From: Candidatus Obscuribacter phosphatis
GTDB lineage: Bacteria > Cyanobacteriota > Vampirovibrionia > Obscuribacterales > Obscuribacteraceae
NCBI GenBank assembly: GCA_017303615.1
Contig: JAFLCK010000026.1
Location: 4,357 to 68,356, forward strand
Direction: 5' to 3'
Length of the DNA stretch: 64,000 bases
Shown: one piece after another, positions 37,553 through 46,545 of the stretch
Position numbering within the stretch: position 1 is the first letter of the stretch
Layout of the letters: the number at the start of each line of letters is the position of its first letter
Notes under the pieces: model-generated
Databases searched by the model: none
The model's input: the letters and a program-made list of their open reading frames with translations, nothing else
What the model was told of the DNA's origin: nothing
Translations under genes and position numbers: made by a program

Positions 37553-39130
37553 TTATTTGACTGCTACTTCAGCCGGTTTGCTTTCGTAGGTCATGGTCAT
37601 GTGGCCGCGAGCTTCTTTAGCCATTTTGTCAGCCAAGGGAGCTGAATATTTACTCAGCATAAGCGGGTAAATACCAAGTGCCAAGATTGAGAAAGATAGG
37701 CTGTATGCAACCACACGTTCGGTGAGGGTGGCATCAGAGAGATGACCTTTCCATTTTTCCAGTTCGCTGCCGTAGAAGAGACGCTTCAAGAGCCAGAGCA
37801 TATAGCCGGCGGTGAGAATAACGCCAAGACCGGCAAAGATTATCCAGCCTTGCACCATTCCGCCTTTGTCGGCTAGCTGTGCCATGGGCGAAGTGAAGGA
37901 GCCATAGAATACAGCCGCCTCGGCTACAAAGCCGGATAGACCAGGCAGACCAAGGTTAGCCATGGTGCCCAACATCCAGAAGTAGAAGAGGGTCGGCATT
38001 TGCTTGGCTAGCCCACCGCCAATTTCACCAATTTGTCTGGTGTGGGTGCGTTCGTAGACTGTACCCACCAAGAAGAAGAGCAGGGCTGAAATAACGCCGT
38101 GCGAGATCATTTGGAAGATGGCACCATTAAGAGCTGCTGACGATAGTGAAGCTACTCCCAACAAAACGAAGCCCATGTGGCTGACCGAAGACAGGGCGAT
38201 AACACGCTTCATATCTTGTTGAATGAGACAAGCCATTGCCGCCCAAACAATGTTGAAGGCGCCGAGAGCCATAATTTGCGGACCATAGTCGACAAAGAAA
38301 TAGGGGAAGAAGCCCAAACAAATTCTCACTAGACCATAGGAGCCCATTTTCAAGAGCAGTCCAGCCAAAAGCATAGAGATGGGAGTGGGGGCTTCGACGT
38401 GGGCGTCGGGCAACCAGGTGTGTACAGGGAATGAAGGAAGCTTGATGATGAAGGCCAGGAAGAAACCCAGACAAGCCAAACACTGAATATCTTTGGGGAG
38501 AAGCTGCGGTAGTTTAGCCAGTTCAACCATGTCGAAGGTGGCCATTCCGCCCGAGCCTACGCCCATCTGGCTATACATATAGACCAAGCCAGCCAGCATC
38601 AAGACGCCGCCGAAGAAGGTATAAATAAGAAACTTGAGCGCGGCGTAGGAACGACGCGGACCACCCCAGATGGCGATCAAGAAATACATCGGGATCAGTT
38701 CCAATTCATACAAGATGAAGAACTGTAAGAGGTCAAGAGAAAGGAAGACGCCCTGAACAGAGAATATGAGCAGCATGAGCATGCTGTAGTAAAGTCTGGG
38801 GCGATTGTCACCAATACTGGTGCTGGCCAGTACCGACATAAGTGTAATAAAACCGGTCAAGACCACCAGTGAAAGACTCATGCCGTCAACGCCGACGTAG
38901 TATTGCACTGGGAAGGGTTGAGTGAACCAGGGCAGTCTCTCGACAAATTGGAACTGCGAAGCAGAATCGAGTTTAAACATAGTCAAGAGCCATACCGACA
39001 TGGCACACATTGCACTTGAAAACGCTATGGCCATTTTTCGAGCGCTTGACTCCGGTCCGCAAGCGATGGCAAGCATGCCAATCAGCGGAATTAAGAACAG
39101 CGCTGTCAAAAGGTGTTGTGGTTCGTTCAC
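37553..39130 (-). CDS. nuoM: NADH-quinone oxidoreductase chain M / NdhD-type antiporter-like subunit
   Basis: About 14 TM helices. FILYELELIPMYFLI, HTWLPDAHVEAPTP, SVSHMGF blocks. Confidence 0.88.
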   Translation of the reverse strand: MNEPQHLLTALFLIPLIGMLAIACGPESSARKMAIAFSSAMCAMSVWLLTMFKLDSASQFQFVERLPWFTQPFPVQYYVGVDGMSLSLVVLTGFITLMSVLASTSIGDNRPRLYYSMLMLLIFSVQGVFLSLDLLQFFILYELELIPMYFLIAIWGGPRRSYAALKFLIYTFFGGVLMLAGLVYMYSQMGVGSGGMATFDMVELAKLPQLLPKDIQCLACLGFFLAFIIKLPSFPVHTWLPDAHVEAPTPISMLLAGLLLKMGSYGLVRICLGFFPYFFVDYGPQIMALGAFNIVWAAMACLIQQDMKRVIALSSVSHMGFVLLGVASLSSAALNGAIFQMISHGVISALLFFLVGTVYERTHTRQIGEIGGGLAKQMPTLFYFWMLGTMANLGLPGLSGFVAEAAVFYGSFTSPMAQLADKGGMVQGWIIFAGLGVILTAGYMLWLLKRLFYGSELEKWKGHLSDATLTERVVAYSLSFSILALGIYPLMLSKYSAPLADKMAKEARGHMTMTYESKPAEVAVK

Positions 39131-39381
39131 AGCCGACTCCTGAGGATCCTGAAATTATTCGGAGACAGTATAAATGGAATGTTGGTACAGCTGCTCACTA
39201 TTGAATAGAAAAACTTTTTAGTCTCTACAGAGCGTGACGAAAGGTACTGAGAGAGTCGTCATGATTGTATAGTTTTACAATCTAGGCTGTAAGCCGATCT
39301 AGTCAAGAGCAAGCTGCTCTAAACAGATTCACAAAACAGGCGCATCAGATATCTAGTGGGTAACAACAATCCGGAGAAGAA

Positions 39382-41400
39382 ATGCTTCCACTTTCCCCAG
39401 ATCAGCTCAAATGGTTTGTCGAGCATGCAGGACTAATCGTCGCAGCTCCATTCTTAGCGGGCTTCCTTATTATTATGGGTTTGAGAGCTTCCAAGACTTT
39501 GTCGATGGTTGTTTCGATAAGTGCCGTGCTCTACGGTCTATTCCACGCCATCGCCATATTTCAGGCTCTCGCCACCGGCAGCTACGGGGCGCCTTTCTTC
39601 CAACAAAATATCGATTGGTATGTCTCTGATGCCTTCACTTTATCGGTGGGAGTGCTGGTTGACAACCTCTGCTCTTTGATGCTCATCGTTGTTACCGGAA
39701 TTAGTTTGTTGGTGCAAATCTACACCCACGGCTATATGCGCGAAGACCCCGGCTATTCTAGGTTCTACGCTTATCTTTCTCTTTTCACCGGTTCGATGCT
39801 CGGCTTGGTCGTCTCCACCAACCTCTTTCAGATGTATGGTTTCTGGGAGCTCGTCGGTGTTTGCTCTTATTTCCTTATTGGTTTCTGGTGGTACAAAGAA
39901 TCGGCTGCCAAAGCCTGTATGAAAGCCTTTGTAGTCAACCGTATTGGCGACTTCGGCTTCCTTATCGGTATCTTGATGTTCTTCCTGGCTACCAAAGATT
40001 TCTGGCAAGGTTCAGTGGTTCTTGGTTTTATCGGTGAGAACGGCACCAATTTGTCCGGTGTCATCCACAGAGCTGTCGATGCCGGCTTCCTCAGTGAAGG
40101 ATCTCTATTCCTTATATCTTGTCTTATCCTCATGGGGCCGATGGCTAAGTCGGCGCAGTTCCCCTTGCACGTTTGGTTGCCGGATGCCATGGAAGGTCCC
40201 ACACCTATCTCGGCTCTTATCCACGCTGCCACAATGGTTGCCGCCGGTGTATACCTGGTAGCCCGTGCCTATCCGCTCTGGCTTACACCGGACGGGCATA
40301 TGGGGCAAGCACTGCATGTGGTGGCAATCGTCGGCGCCATCACCGCCTTCATGGCAGCCACTATTGCCATGAGTCAGTACGATATCAAGAGAGTGCTCGC
40401 CTGGTCCACTTGCTCGCAGCTTGGCTATATGTTTGTCGGTCTTGGTTGTGGCGCTTTCACCGGTGGTATCTTCCACCTCTTCAACCACGCCTTCTTCAAA
40501 GCCATGCTCTTCCTTTGCAGCGGAGCCGTCATTCACGGTTTGCATGGTGAGCAAGACATCAGACAGATGGGTGGTCTCAATAAGTCGATGCCTATCACCC
40601 ATTTCTGTTTCTTGATCGGTACTCTGGCTATTTCCGGTTTCCCTATCTTCAGCGGTTTCTTTTCAAAAGACGAAATCATTTCAGCCGCCATGCACAGTCA
40701 CCCGGTCATCGGTTGGCTGATGATGGCTACAGCCGGTATGACGGCTTTCTATATGTTCCGTCTTTACTTCATGACATTTACCGGCGCTTACCGTGGCAAC
40801 GCTCATCCCCATGAGTCGCCCGCTTCCATGACCTGGCCTCTCTTGGTTTTGGCAGTGCCCTCGATGCTCACTGGTTATCTTGGCTTCAACACAGCTAACT
40901 TGCAGGCTGCCTTTGCCGGCGCTTCCGCTGAGCATGGTCTGCCCAATCACTTTGCCGCTTTCGTCTACGGACCTATGGGTCCTCATTTTGAAGGTTGCAA
41001 TCTGCCCTTGATGGGCACTTCCATCGCTGTAGCTGCAGTTGGTATCTTCCTGGCTTTCGCCATGTATCAAACCAAGACCCTGCACTTCAACAAAACTTTT
41101 GCCGAGTCGAAAGAAGGCTTCGCCCACTTGCTTTACAACTTCTCTTTCAACAAGTGGTACATGGACAACCTTTACTTCGGACTGGTCGACCGTGTTTTCT
41201 TGCCTTCCTTCAAAGGACTTTGGACAAGAGTGGACGGCAAATTGGTGGAAGGCGTGGTCAATGGCGCCGGCATGGGCACCATGTGCATGGGTGAAGTGCT
41301 GAAATATCTGCAAAACGGCAGAGGTCAGTATTATGCCCTGGTCATATTTGCTTCCGTGGCGGGTATCTCTTGGTTGGCTTATAACTTGCCCCCCAGGTAG
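39382..41400 (+). CDS. nuoL: NADH-quinone oxidoreductase chain L / NdhF-type antiporter-like subunit
   Basis: GFWELVGVCSYFLIGFWW, NRIGDFGF, FPLHVWLPDAMEGPTPISALIHAATMV, STCSQLGYM, plus the C-terminal long-helix extension. Confidence 0.88.
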   Translation: MLPLSPDQLKWFVEHAGLIVAAPFLAGFLIIMGLRASKTLSMVVSISAVLYGLFHAIAIFQALATGSYGAPFFQQNIDWYVSDAFTLSVGVLVDNLCSLMLIVVTGISLLVQIYTHGYMREDPGYSRFYAYLSLFTGSMLGLVVSTNLFQMYGFWELVGVCSYFLIGFWWYKESAAKACMKAFVVNRIGDFGFLIGILMFFLATKDFWQGSVVLGFIGENGTNLSGVIHRAVDAGFLSEGSLFLISCLILMGPMAKSAQFPLHVWLPDAMEGPTPISALIHAATMVAAGVYLVARAYPLWLTPDGHMGQALHVVAIVGAITAFMAATIAMSQYDIKRVLAWSTCSQLGYMFVGLGCGAFTGGIFHLFNHAFFKAMLFLCSGAVIHGLHGEQDIRQMGGLNKSMPITHFCFLIGTLAISGFPIFSGFFSKDEIISAAMHSHPVIGWLMMATAGMTAFYMFRLYFMTFTGAYRGNAHPHESPASMTWPLLVLAVPSMLTGYLGFNTANLQAAFAGASAEHGLPNHFAAFVYGPMGPHFEGCNLPLMGTSIAVAAVGIFLAFAMYQTKTLHFNKTFAESKEGFAHLLYNFSFNKWYMDNLYFGLVDRVFLPSFKGLWTRVDGKLVEGVVNGAGMGTMCMGEVLKYLQNGRGQYYALVIFASVAGISWLAYNLPPR

Positions 41401-41467
41401 ACCCTCGCTTTGGCTTGGATTATTGTTTGTTAACCACACTGTCTTCATAAATTAAACGGAAGAGAAA

Positions 41468-41797
41468 ATGTCAAATAGCGACAACCACGGCAATTGCGAT
41501 CACGATCATCACGACGGTCACGGACATGGTCATGGTCACGGTCATGACAGTCACAGCCACGACAGTCATAGCCATGACAGCCATAGCCATGATAGTCATG
41601 CCGGTGACAGCCATGGTCACAGCGGCGATGCCGCACCCGAGCATGATCTTTTGTTAAAGGCTGTGGTTTTTGCTGCCGCCGCCCTCTTGATCGGCGTCAT
41701 GGGCTGGTGGATGACTGTTCCGCTAAATGAAAGTGCAAGCGGCGCTCACGGCGAGGCGGGCGCTTCCGAGCAGCATTCCGAAAGCCAGCATCATTAA
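41468..41797 (+). CDS. Histidine-rich small membrane protein
   Basis: GGAAGAG RBS. N-terminal HDHHDGHGHGHGHGHDSHSHDSHSHDSHSHDSH, then one TM helix VVFAAAALLIGVMGWWM. Confidence 0.7.
   Translation: MSNSDNHGNCDHDHHDGHGHGHGHGHDSHSHDSHSHDSHSHDSHAGDSHGHSGDAAPEHDLLLKAVVFAAAALLIGVMGWWMTVPLNESASGAHGEAGASEQHSESQHH
41546..41600 (+). repeat. 15-bp in-frame tandem repeat encoding (DSHSH)n
   Basis: GACAGTCACAGCCAC / GACAGTCATAGCCAT / GACAGCCATAGCCAT / GATAGTCAT... Confidence 0.9.
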
Positions 41798-42017
41798 GAA
41801 ATAGCTACTTCGCAACCTCAACTTTTGTTGCCGATTAAGCCGCTTCAGGCTTCTTCCGGCGATCTTATAAGACCTTTGTGATATCTTATGCTGCGAGTAT
41901 TCAGGCGTATTTCTATGCGCCTTCGAAAGGTCTTATTTTGTGGGGCGACCCATCTAAGTAAGCGGCAAATCAAAACTTCTTAAGTCGTTGCTAAGTCGTT
42001 GTTTCGAGGTTAATTAA

Positions 42018-44015
42018 ATGCAGGAAGTCACAATTGGGATTGCTGGAGCTGCCGGTGACGGTCTCGACAAATCCGGCGATACCCTAGCGCGCTCGTGCGG
42101 AAGACTTGGTCTTCACGTATATGCGTACAACAGCTATCAGTCAATTATCAGGGGCGGTCATATTTGGTTGAAGGTAAGAGTCGGTGAGAACAAAGTTCTC
42201 AGCCACGGCGATAACCTCAACGTTTTGGTCGCTCTCAACCAGGATTCTATTGAACGCCATGCCGGCGAAGTGCAGGAAGGCGGAGTAGTAATCTTCAACT
42301 CAGACAGAATCAAATGCGAGCCTTCGCAAGTAAGAGAAGGCGTCAAGATTCTCGGCTTGCCTATGTCTAAAGTGACAGAAGAAGTCGTTAAGACCCATGG
42401 TCCTTTGCAAGCGATCATGCAGAACACAGTAGCCGTCGGCGCTGTCTGCTATTTGGCCAATATTGGTCTTGATGAGCCCACCTCTGTTTTGACCGATACT
42501 TTCAGCCACAAAGGCGAGAAAGTAATCGATCTGAACGTTGGCTTGCTCAAAGCCGGTTTCGAGTTTGCCAAGGCAAACTGCCAACCGCTCACCAAAGAGT
42601 GGAAGTTCAGCCATAAGAAGCGTCCTTTCATCACCGGTAACGAAGCGATTGCACTCGGTGCCTATGCTGCCGGATGTAAGTTCTACAGCGCTTATCCGAT
42701 GACCCCTGCTTCTACAATCTTGCACTGGATGGCAAGCCATGCAGCCAAGACCGGCATTTGCGTCAAGCAGTGCGAAGACGAATTGTCTGTGGTCAACATG
42801 GCTATTGGTGCCGGTATCGCCGGCGTCAGAACCATGTGTGCAACCGCCGGTGGTGGATTTGCCCTCATGACCGAAGCAGTAGGTATGGCCGGCATCATGG
42901 AAGTGCCGGTGGTTGTTGTGGAAGTACAGCGCGGTGGTCCTTCCACTGGTCTGCCCACAAAGACAGAGCAAGCCGACCTCTTCCAAGTTTATGGTGCTTC
43001 GCAGGGTGAATTCCCACGTCTAATCGTGGCTCCTAAATCTATTGCTGATGCCTATGACACCACAGTAGAAGTCTTCAACTTGGCCGATAAATATCAGCTT
43101 CCTGTTCTGCTTATGTCCGACCTGCTCCTTTCTGAGCACCCTGAGACAGTAGACCCTGAAGTATTCAACTGCGAAGTCAAAATCGATCGCGGTGAAGTGG
43201 TCAGTGAGTGGAAAGAAGATCAAGGCAAGTTCAAGCGCTTCAAATTCACTCCTTCGGGTATCTCGCCTCGCGCCTTGCCTGGCACTCCCAACTGCAACTA
43301 TGTATCGGCCACTGACGATCACGATGAAGAGAGCATCCTCATCTCTGATATGTTCACCTCGCCCGGCACCCGCCGCATGATCATGGAGAAGCGCAATCGC
43401 AAGATTGAGAACCTTCTCAAAGAACTGCCGGCTCCTGAGTTGGAAGGTCCTGCTGATGCCGATGTCACCCTGGTTTGCTGGGGCTCGACTTGGGGCGTAG
43501 TCAAGGAAGCTGTTGAACTCTTGAATGCCAAAGGCATCAAGACCAATATGCTCAATATCAAATACATTGCTCCCTTCCATGCCAAAGAAGTGGCTGAGAT
43601 TTTGGCTAAAGCCAAGAAGAAAATCTCAGTGGAAGTTAACTACACAAGCCAGATGGCTAGACACATCAAGGCTGAAACCGGTATCTCGATGGATGCCCAC
43701 GTCAACAAGTATGACGGCGAACCTATCGAGCCGCTCTTTGTAGTTGCCCATGTGGAACGCATTTTGGCTGGTAAGCCGCTCTCTCTCGAATGCACCGAGG
43801 AAGAAGCCAAAGATATCGGCTATCACTATCTGCGTACACATGCTCTTGAAAAATTGCGTCCGTCCAAACTGACCAAAGAGTCGGCCAACGGATACGGCGA
43901 GCAAGTTTGGAATATCGAATTTAGCGAAAGAGCCACCGGCAAGCCGGGTGCTCGTATGCTGGTTGGTGTTTCTACCGGCTCTACTCATAGCTTTGAAAAG
44001 CTGGCTGCCGAATAA
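42018..44015 (+). CDS. korA: 2-oxoacid (2-oxoglutarate):ferredoxin oxidoreductase subunit alpha (fused gamma-alpha)
   Basis: N-terminal GAAGDGLDKSGD gamma-type motif. GNEAIALGAYAAGCKFYSAYPMTPAS and GGPSTGLPTKTEQADL blocks. Confidence 0.88.
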   Translation: MQEVTIGIAGAAGDGLDKSGDTLARSCGRLGLHVYAYNSYQSIIRGGHIWLKVRVGENKVLSHGDNLNVLVALNQDSIERHAGEVQEGGVVIFNSDRIKCEPSQVREGVKILGLPMSKVTEEVVKTHGPLQAIMQNTVAVGAVCYLANIGLDEPTSVLTDTFSHKGEKVIDLNVGLLKAGFEFAKANCQPLTKEWKFSHKKRPFITGNEAIALGAYAAGCKFYSAYPMTPASTILHWMASHAAKTGICVKQCEDELSVVNMAIGAGIAGVRTMCATAGGGFALMTEAVGMAGIMEVPVVVVEVQRGGPSTGLPTKTEQADLFQVYGASQGEFPRLIVAPKSIADAYDTTVEVFNLADKYQLPVLLMSDLLLSEHPETVDPEVFNCEVKIDRGEVVSEWKEDQGKFKRFKFTPSGISPRALPGTPNCNYVSATDDHDEESILISDMFTSPGTRRMIMEKRNRKIENLLKELPAPELEGPADADVTLVCWGSTWGVVKEAVELLNAKGIKTNMLNIKYIAPFHAKEVAEILAKAKKKISVEVNYTSQMARHIKAETGISMDAHVNKYDGEPIEPLFVVAHVERILAGKPLSLECTEEEAKDIGYHYLRTHALEKLRPSKLTKESANGYGEQVWNIEFSERATGKPGARMLVGVSTGSTHSFEKLAAE

Positions 44016-44055
44016 GCCGCTTCTCGTAAATATCTAAAGTGAGGAATTTAAAAGG

Positions 44056-44934
44056 ATGGCAACTGTAATAGAGCTTCCAGTCGAACTTTTCAAAGGACCG
44101 GTCGATCCTGACTGGTGTCCTGGTTGTGGCGACTTTGGTGTGTTGAAAGGCGTGCAAATGGCGGCTGCCAAATGCGGAATCAAGCCCGAGAATCTTCTCG
44201 TTGTTTCCGGCATCGGCTGCTCCTCCAACTTGCCCGGCTTCATTCATGCCTATGGTATTCACAGCTTGCACGGTCGTTCGGTGCCGGTGGCAACCGGTGC
44301 TCACCTAGCCAATACCGATTTGAAAGTAGTCATCACCGGTGGTGACGGCGACGGTTATGGTATTGGTGTTGGTCACCTCTTGCACGCTATGCGCCGTAAC
44401 TTGGACGTAACCTATGTGGTAATGGACAACCAAATCTATGGTTTGACCACTGGTCAGACATCGCCCACCACCACCCTCGGTCACAAAACCAAGTCGACAC
44501 CGCAAGGCAATATCGAAATGCCCTTGAACCCACTCGCTCTGGCTTTGACTGCCGGCGCCACCTATGTGGCCCGTGGTTTCTCCGGCGAGCAAAAGCATCT
44601 TGCTGAGATCATCGCTGGTGCTATCGAGCACAAAGGCTTCAGCCTTGTCGATGTCTTCAGCCCCTGTGTTACTTATAACAAAGTCAACACCTATCCTTGG
44701 TTCAAAGAGCGTGTTTACAAGCTCGAAGACGAAGGTTGGGATCCATCCGACTTCCATAAGAGCATGGAGAAAGCATTTGAATGGGGCGATAAGATTCCCC
44801 TCGGCGTTCTCTACAAGACCGATATGCCTACTTATGAAGACGGTGAACTGGCCTTCAAGAAAGGACCTTTGGTCAAGCAATCACTCGAGGCTGATAAAAA
44901 AGTATTCGATAGCTTTATCGAAGAACTTATCTAA
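44056..44934 (+). CDS. korB: 2-oxoacid:ferredoxin oxidoreductase subunit beta (TPP-binding)
   Basis: WCPGCGDFGVL, SGIGCSS, GGDGDGYGIG, MDNQIYGLTTGQ. Confidence 0.9.
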   Translation: MATVIELPVELFKGPVDPDWCPGCGDFGVLKGVQMAAAKCGIKPENLLVVSGIGCSSNLPGFIHAYGIHSLHGRSVPVATGAHLANTDLKVVITGGDGDGYGIGVGHLLHAMRRNLDVTYVVMDNQIYGLTTGQTSPTTTLGHKTKSTPQGNIEMPLNPLALALTAGATYVARGFSGEQKHLAEIIAGAIEHKGFSLVDVFSPCVTYNKVNTYPWFKERVYKLEDEGWDPSDFHKSMEKAFEWGDKIPLGVLYKTDMPTYEDGELAFKKGPLVKQSLEADKKVFDSFIEELI

Positions 44935-44954
44935 GCCTTTAGCTAAGCTGCATG

Positions 44955-44986
44955 AAAGAGAGGGCGTTATCGCCCTCTCTTTTTCT
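44955..44986 (+). terminator. Rho-independent terminator after korB
   Basis: AAAGAGAGGGCG / TTAT / CGCCCTCTCTTT perfect 12-bp stem followed by TTT. Confidence 0.85.
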
Positions 44987-45095
44987 TAGCTGGAACTAAT
45001 AGTTACATGATAAACTTATGTTCATTGTATATAGCTTGGTTGTAAAGCTATAATTCTTGTGTGTGCGCACATCTATATGTAGAGGAGTCGAAAAA

Positions 45096-45416
45096 ATGAT
45101 CAATCGTTCGGTAATCGGCAAAAGAGCACCCGGCTCCCAGCCGTTGCAGAAAGATCAAATTTCTACTTTGAAGCAGAAAGCTATTCGAGTCGAAGAAATT
45201 GAAGGCATTCGACGCACTACAGTCTGGGACCATCTTATCGATCTCTGGACTGCCATTACTTATTCTTTCCAGCCCAAAGACAGACAGTGCAATATCTATG
45301 GTCATACCTTGCCGACAAGCGGCTGGACCGTCGGTCGTCTACCCAAGTGTGTAGATTGCGGCACGCCCATCAATCATCCCGATGAATTGCGTAAAGCCTT
45401 GCCCCGCGACTGGTAG
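45096..45416 (+). CDS. Hypothetical small protein with C-terminal Cys/His cluster
   Basis: ATG 45096 follows GAGGAG. CNIYGH...CVDCG may be a zinc ribbon. It ends at a TAG in the same frame as dinB. Confidence 0.5.
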   Translation: MINRSVIGKRAPGSQPLQKDQISTLKQKAIRVEEIEGIRRTTVWDHLIDLWTAITYSFQPKDRQCNIYGHTLPTSGWTVGRLPKCVDCGTPINHPDELRKALPRDW

Positions 45417-45449
45417 TATTCGGGTATTCGCAAGATTATTCATATCGAT

Positions 45450-46523
45450 ATGGATGCTTTCTTTGCTTCAGTGGAGCAGAGAGATAATCCATCTTTGAAA
45501 GGCAAACCGGTAGCAGTGGGGGGCTCTCCCGACCGCCGTGGGGTGGTGGCTGCCGCCAGTTATGAGGCCCGGGCTTTTGGCGTACATTCGGCCATGCCGG
45601 CGCGCACAGCCATAGAACGTTGTCCTACCCTCATTTTTGTTAAACCTCGCTTTGAAGTCTATCGTCAGGTCTCAGAAGAAATTCATCGCATCTTTCATGA
45701 TTACACCGAGCTGGTTGAGCCGCTTTCGCTTGATGAGGCTTATCTCGATGTTACTGAAAATAAGCATGAGAACCCGGCAATAAGATCGTCGGCTACTCTC
45801 ATCGCCCGTGAGATAAAGAACCGCATCAAAGAAAGCACAGGTCTGACCGCCTCTGCCGGCGTCTCAATCAACAAGTTCCTTGCTAAGACTGCCTCTGGTT
45901 TGCGCAAGCCCGATGGCCTTACTCTCATTCCCCCCGACAAAGCCGAGTCTTTTGCCGAGTCTTTGGCAATCGAAAAATTTTATGGCATAGGCGATGTCAC
46001 TGCCGCCCGCATGAAAGCCTCAGGCATTCATACAGGCAAAGACCTCAAGGCTTTATCTGAAATAGAACTGGTCAAGAAATTTGGTAAAGCCGGTAGCTAT
46101 TATTATCGTATCGCGCGCGGTCAAGATGATCGTGAAGTGATACCAAATAGAGTGCGAAAGTCTATTGGTGCAGAAGAAAGTTATGCCGACGATCTCACAT
46201 CAAAACAGGCTATTTATGAGGCTCTAGGTGATATAGCCGATACCTTGGAGAGGCGACTTGATCGTTGTCAAACCGGCGGTCGCACCATCACACTCAAAGT
46301 AAAATATGGCGACTACCAGCAAATCACCCGCAGTCGTACAGTCTTGCAGTCGATATCAAAGAGAACAGAATTGTTGGCTATGGCTCTCGAACTTCTCTCA
46401 ACAACCGATGTGGAAAAGCGCAGTGTGCGCTTGCTTGGCCTGACAGTGTCAAATCTAGATAATAGTGAAGAAGACGATGAACGTGACTATGTGCAGCTTA
46501 CTATAGATTTTGAATGGCAGTAA
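45450..46523 (+). CDS. dinB: DNA polymerase IV (Y-family); translation probably begins upstream at ATT 45426
   Basis: (RKIIHID)MDAFFASVEQRDNPSLKGKPVAVGG, SLDEAYLDVT, and the little-finger region. Coordinates are given from the first ATG; see the finding on the start codon. Confidence 0.92.
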   Translation: MDAFFASVEQRDNPSLKGKPVAVGGSPDRRGVVAAASYEARAFGVHSAMPARTAIERCPTLIFVKPRFEVYRQVSEEIHRIFHDYTELVEPLSLDEAYLDVTENKHENPAIRSSATLIAREIKNRIKESTGLTASAGVSINKFLAKTASGLRKPDGLTLIPPDKAESFAESLAIEKFYGIGDVTAARMKASGIHTGKDLKALSEIELVKKFGKAGSYYYRIARGQDDREVIPNRVRKSIGAEESYADDLTSKQAIYEALGDIADTLERRLDRCQTGGRTITLKVKYGDYQQITRSRTVLQSISKRTELLAMALELLSTTDVEKRSVRLLGLTVSNLDNSEEDDERDYVQLTIDFEWQ

Positions 46524-46545
46524 TGGGGTAGAAAAGAAAGACCTT

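Noticed and set aside
39263-39282. Inverted repeat GATTGTA-n6-TACAATC in the nuoM/nuoL divergent promoter region
   Set aside because: At only 7-bp arms it could arise by chance in AT-rich intergenic DNA, and there is no second copy in the window. It is not enough to call an operator.
41445-41636. Cys/His-rich 63-aa ORF antisense to the His-rich gene
   Set aside because: It is a mirror product of the CAC/CAT-GAC repeat. The plus-strand ORF has an RBS and a TM helix; the antisense ORF has neither.
45096-46523. Single fused ORF (small Cys/His protein + Pol IV) via TAG reassignment
   Set aside because: TAG clearly functions as a stop elsewhere in the window (e.g. lpxI, nuoL), so global reassignment is unlikely. 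Local read-through remains a minor alternative in the dinB finding.
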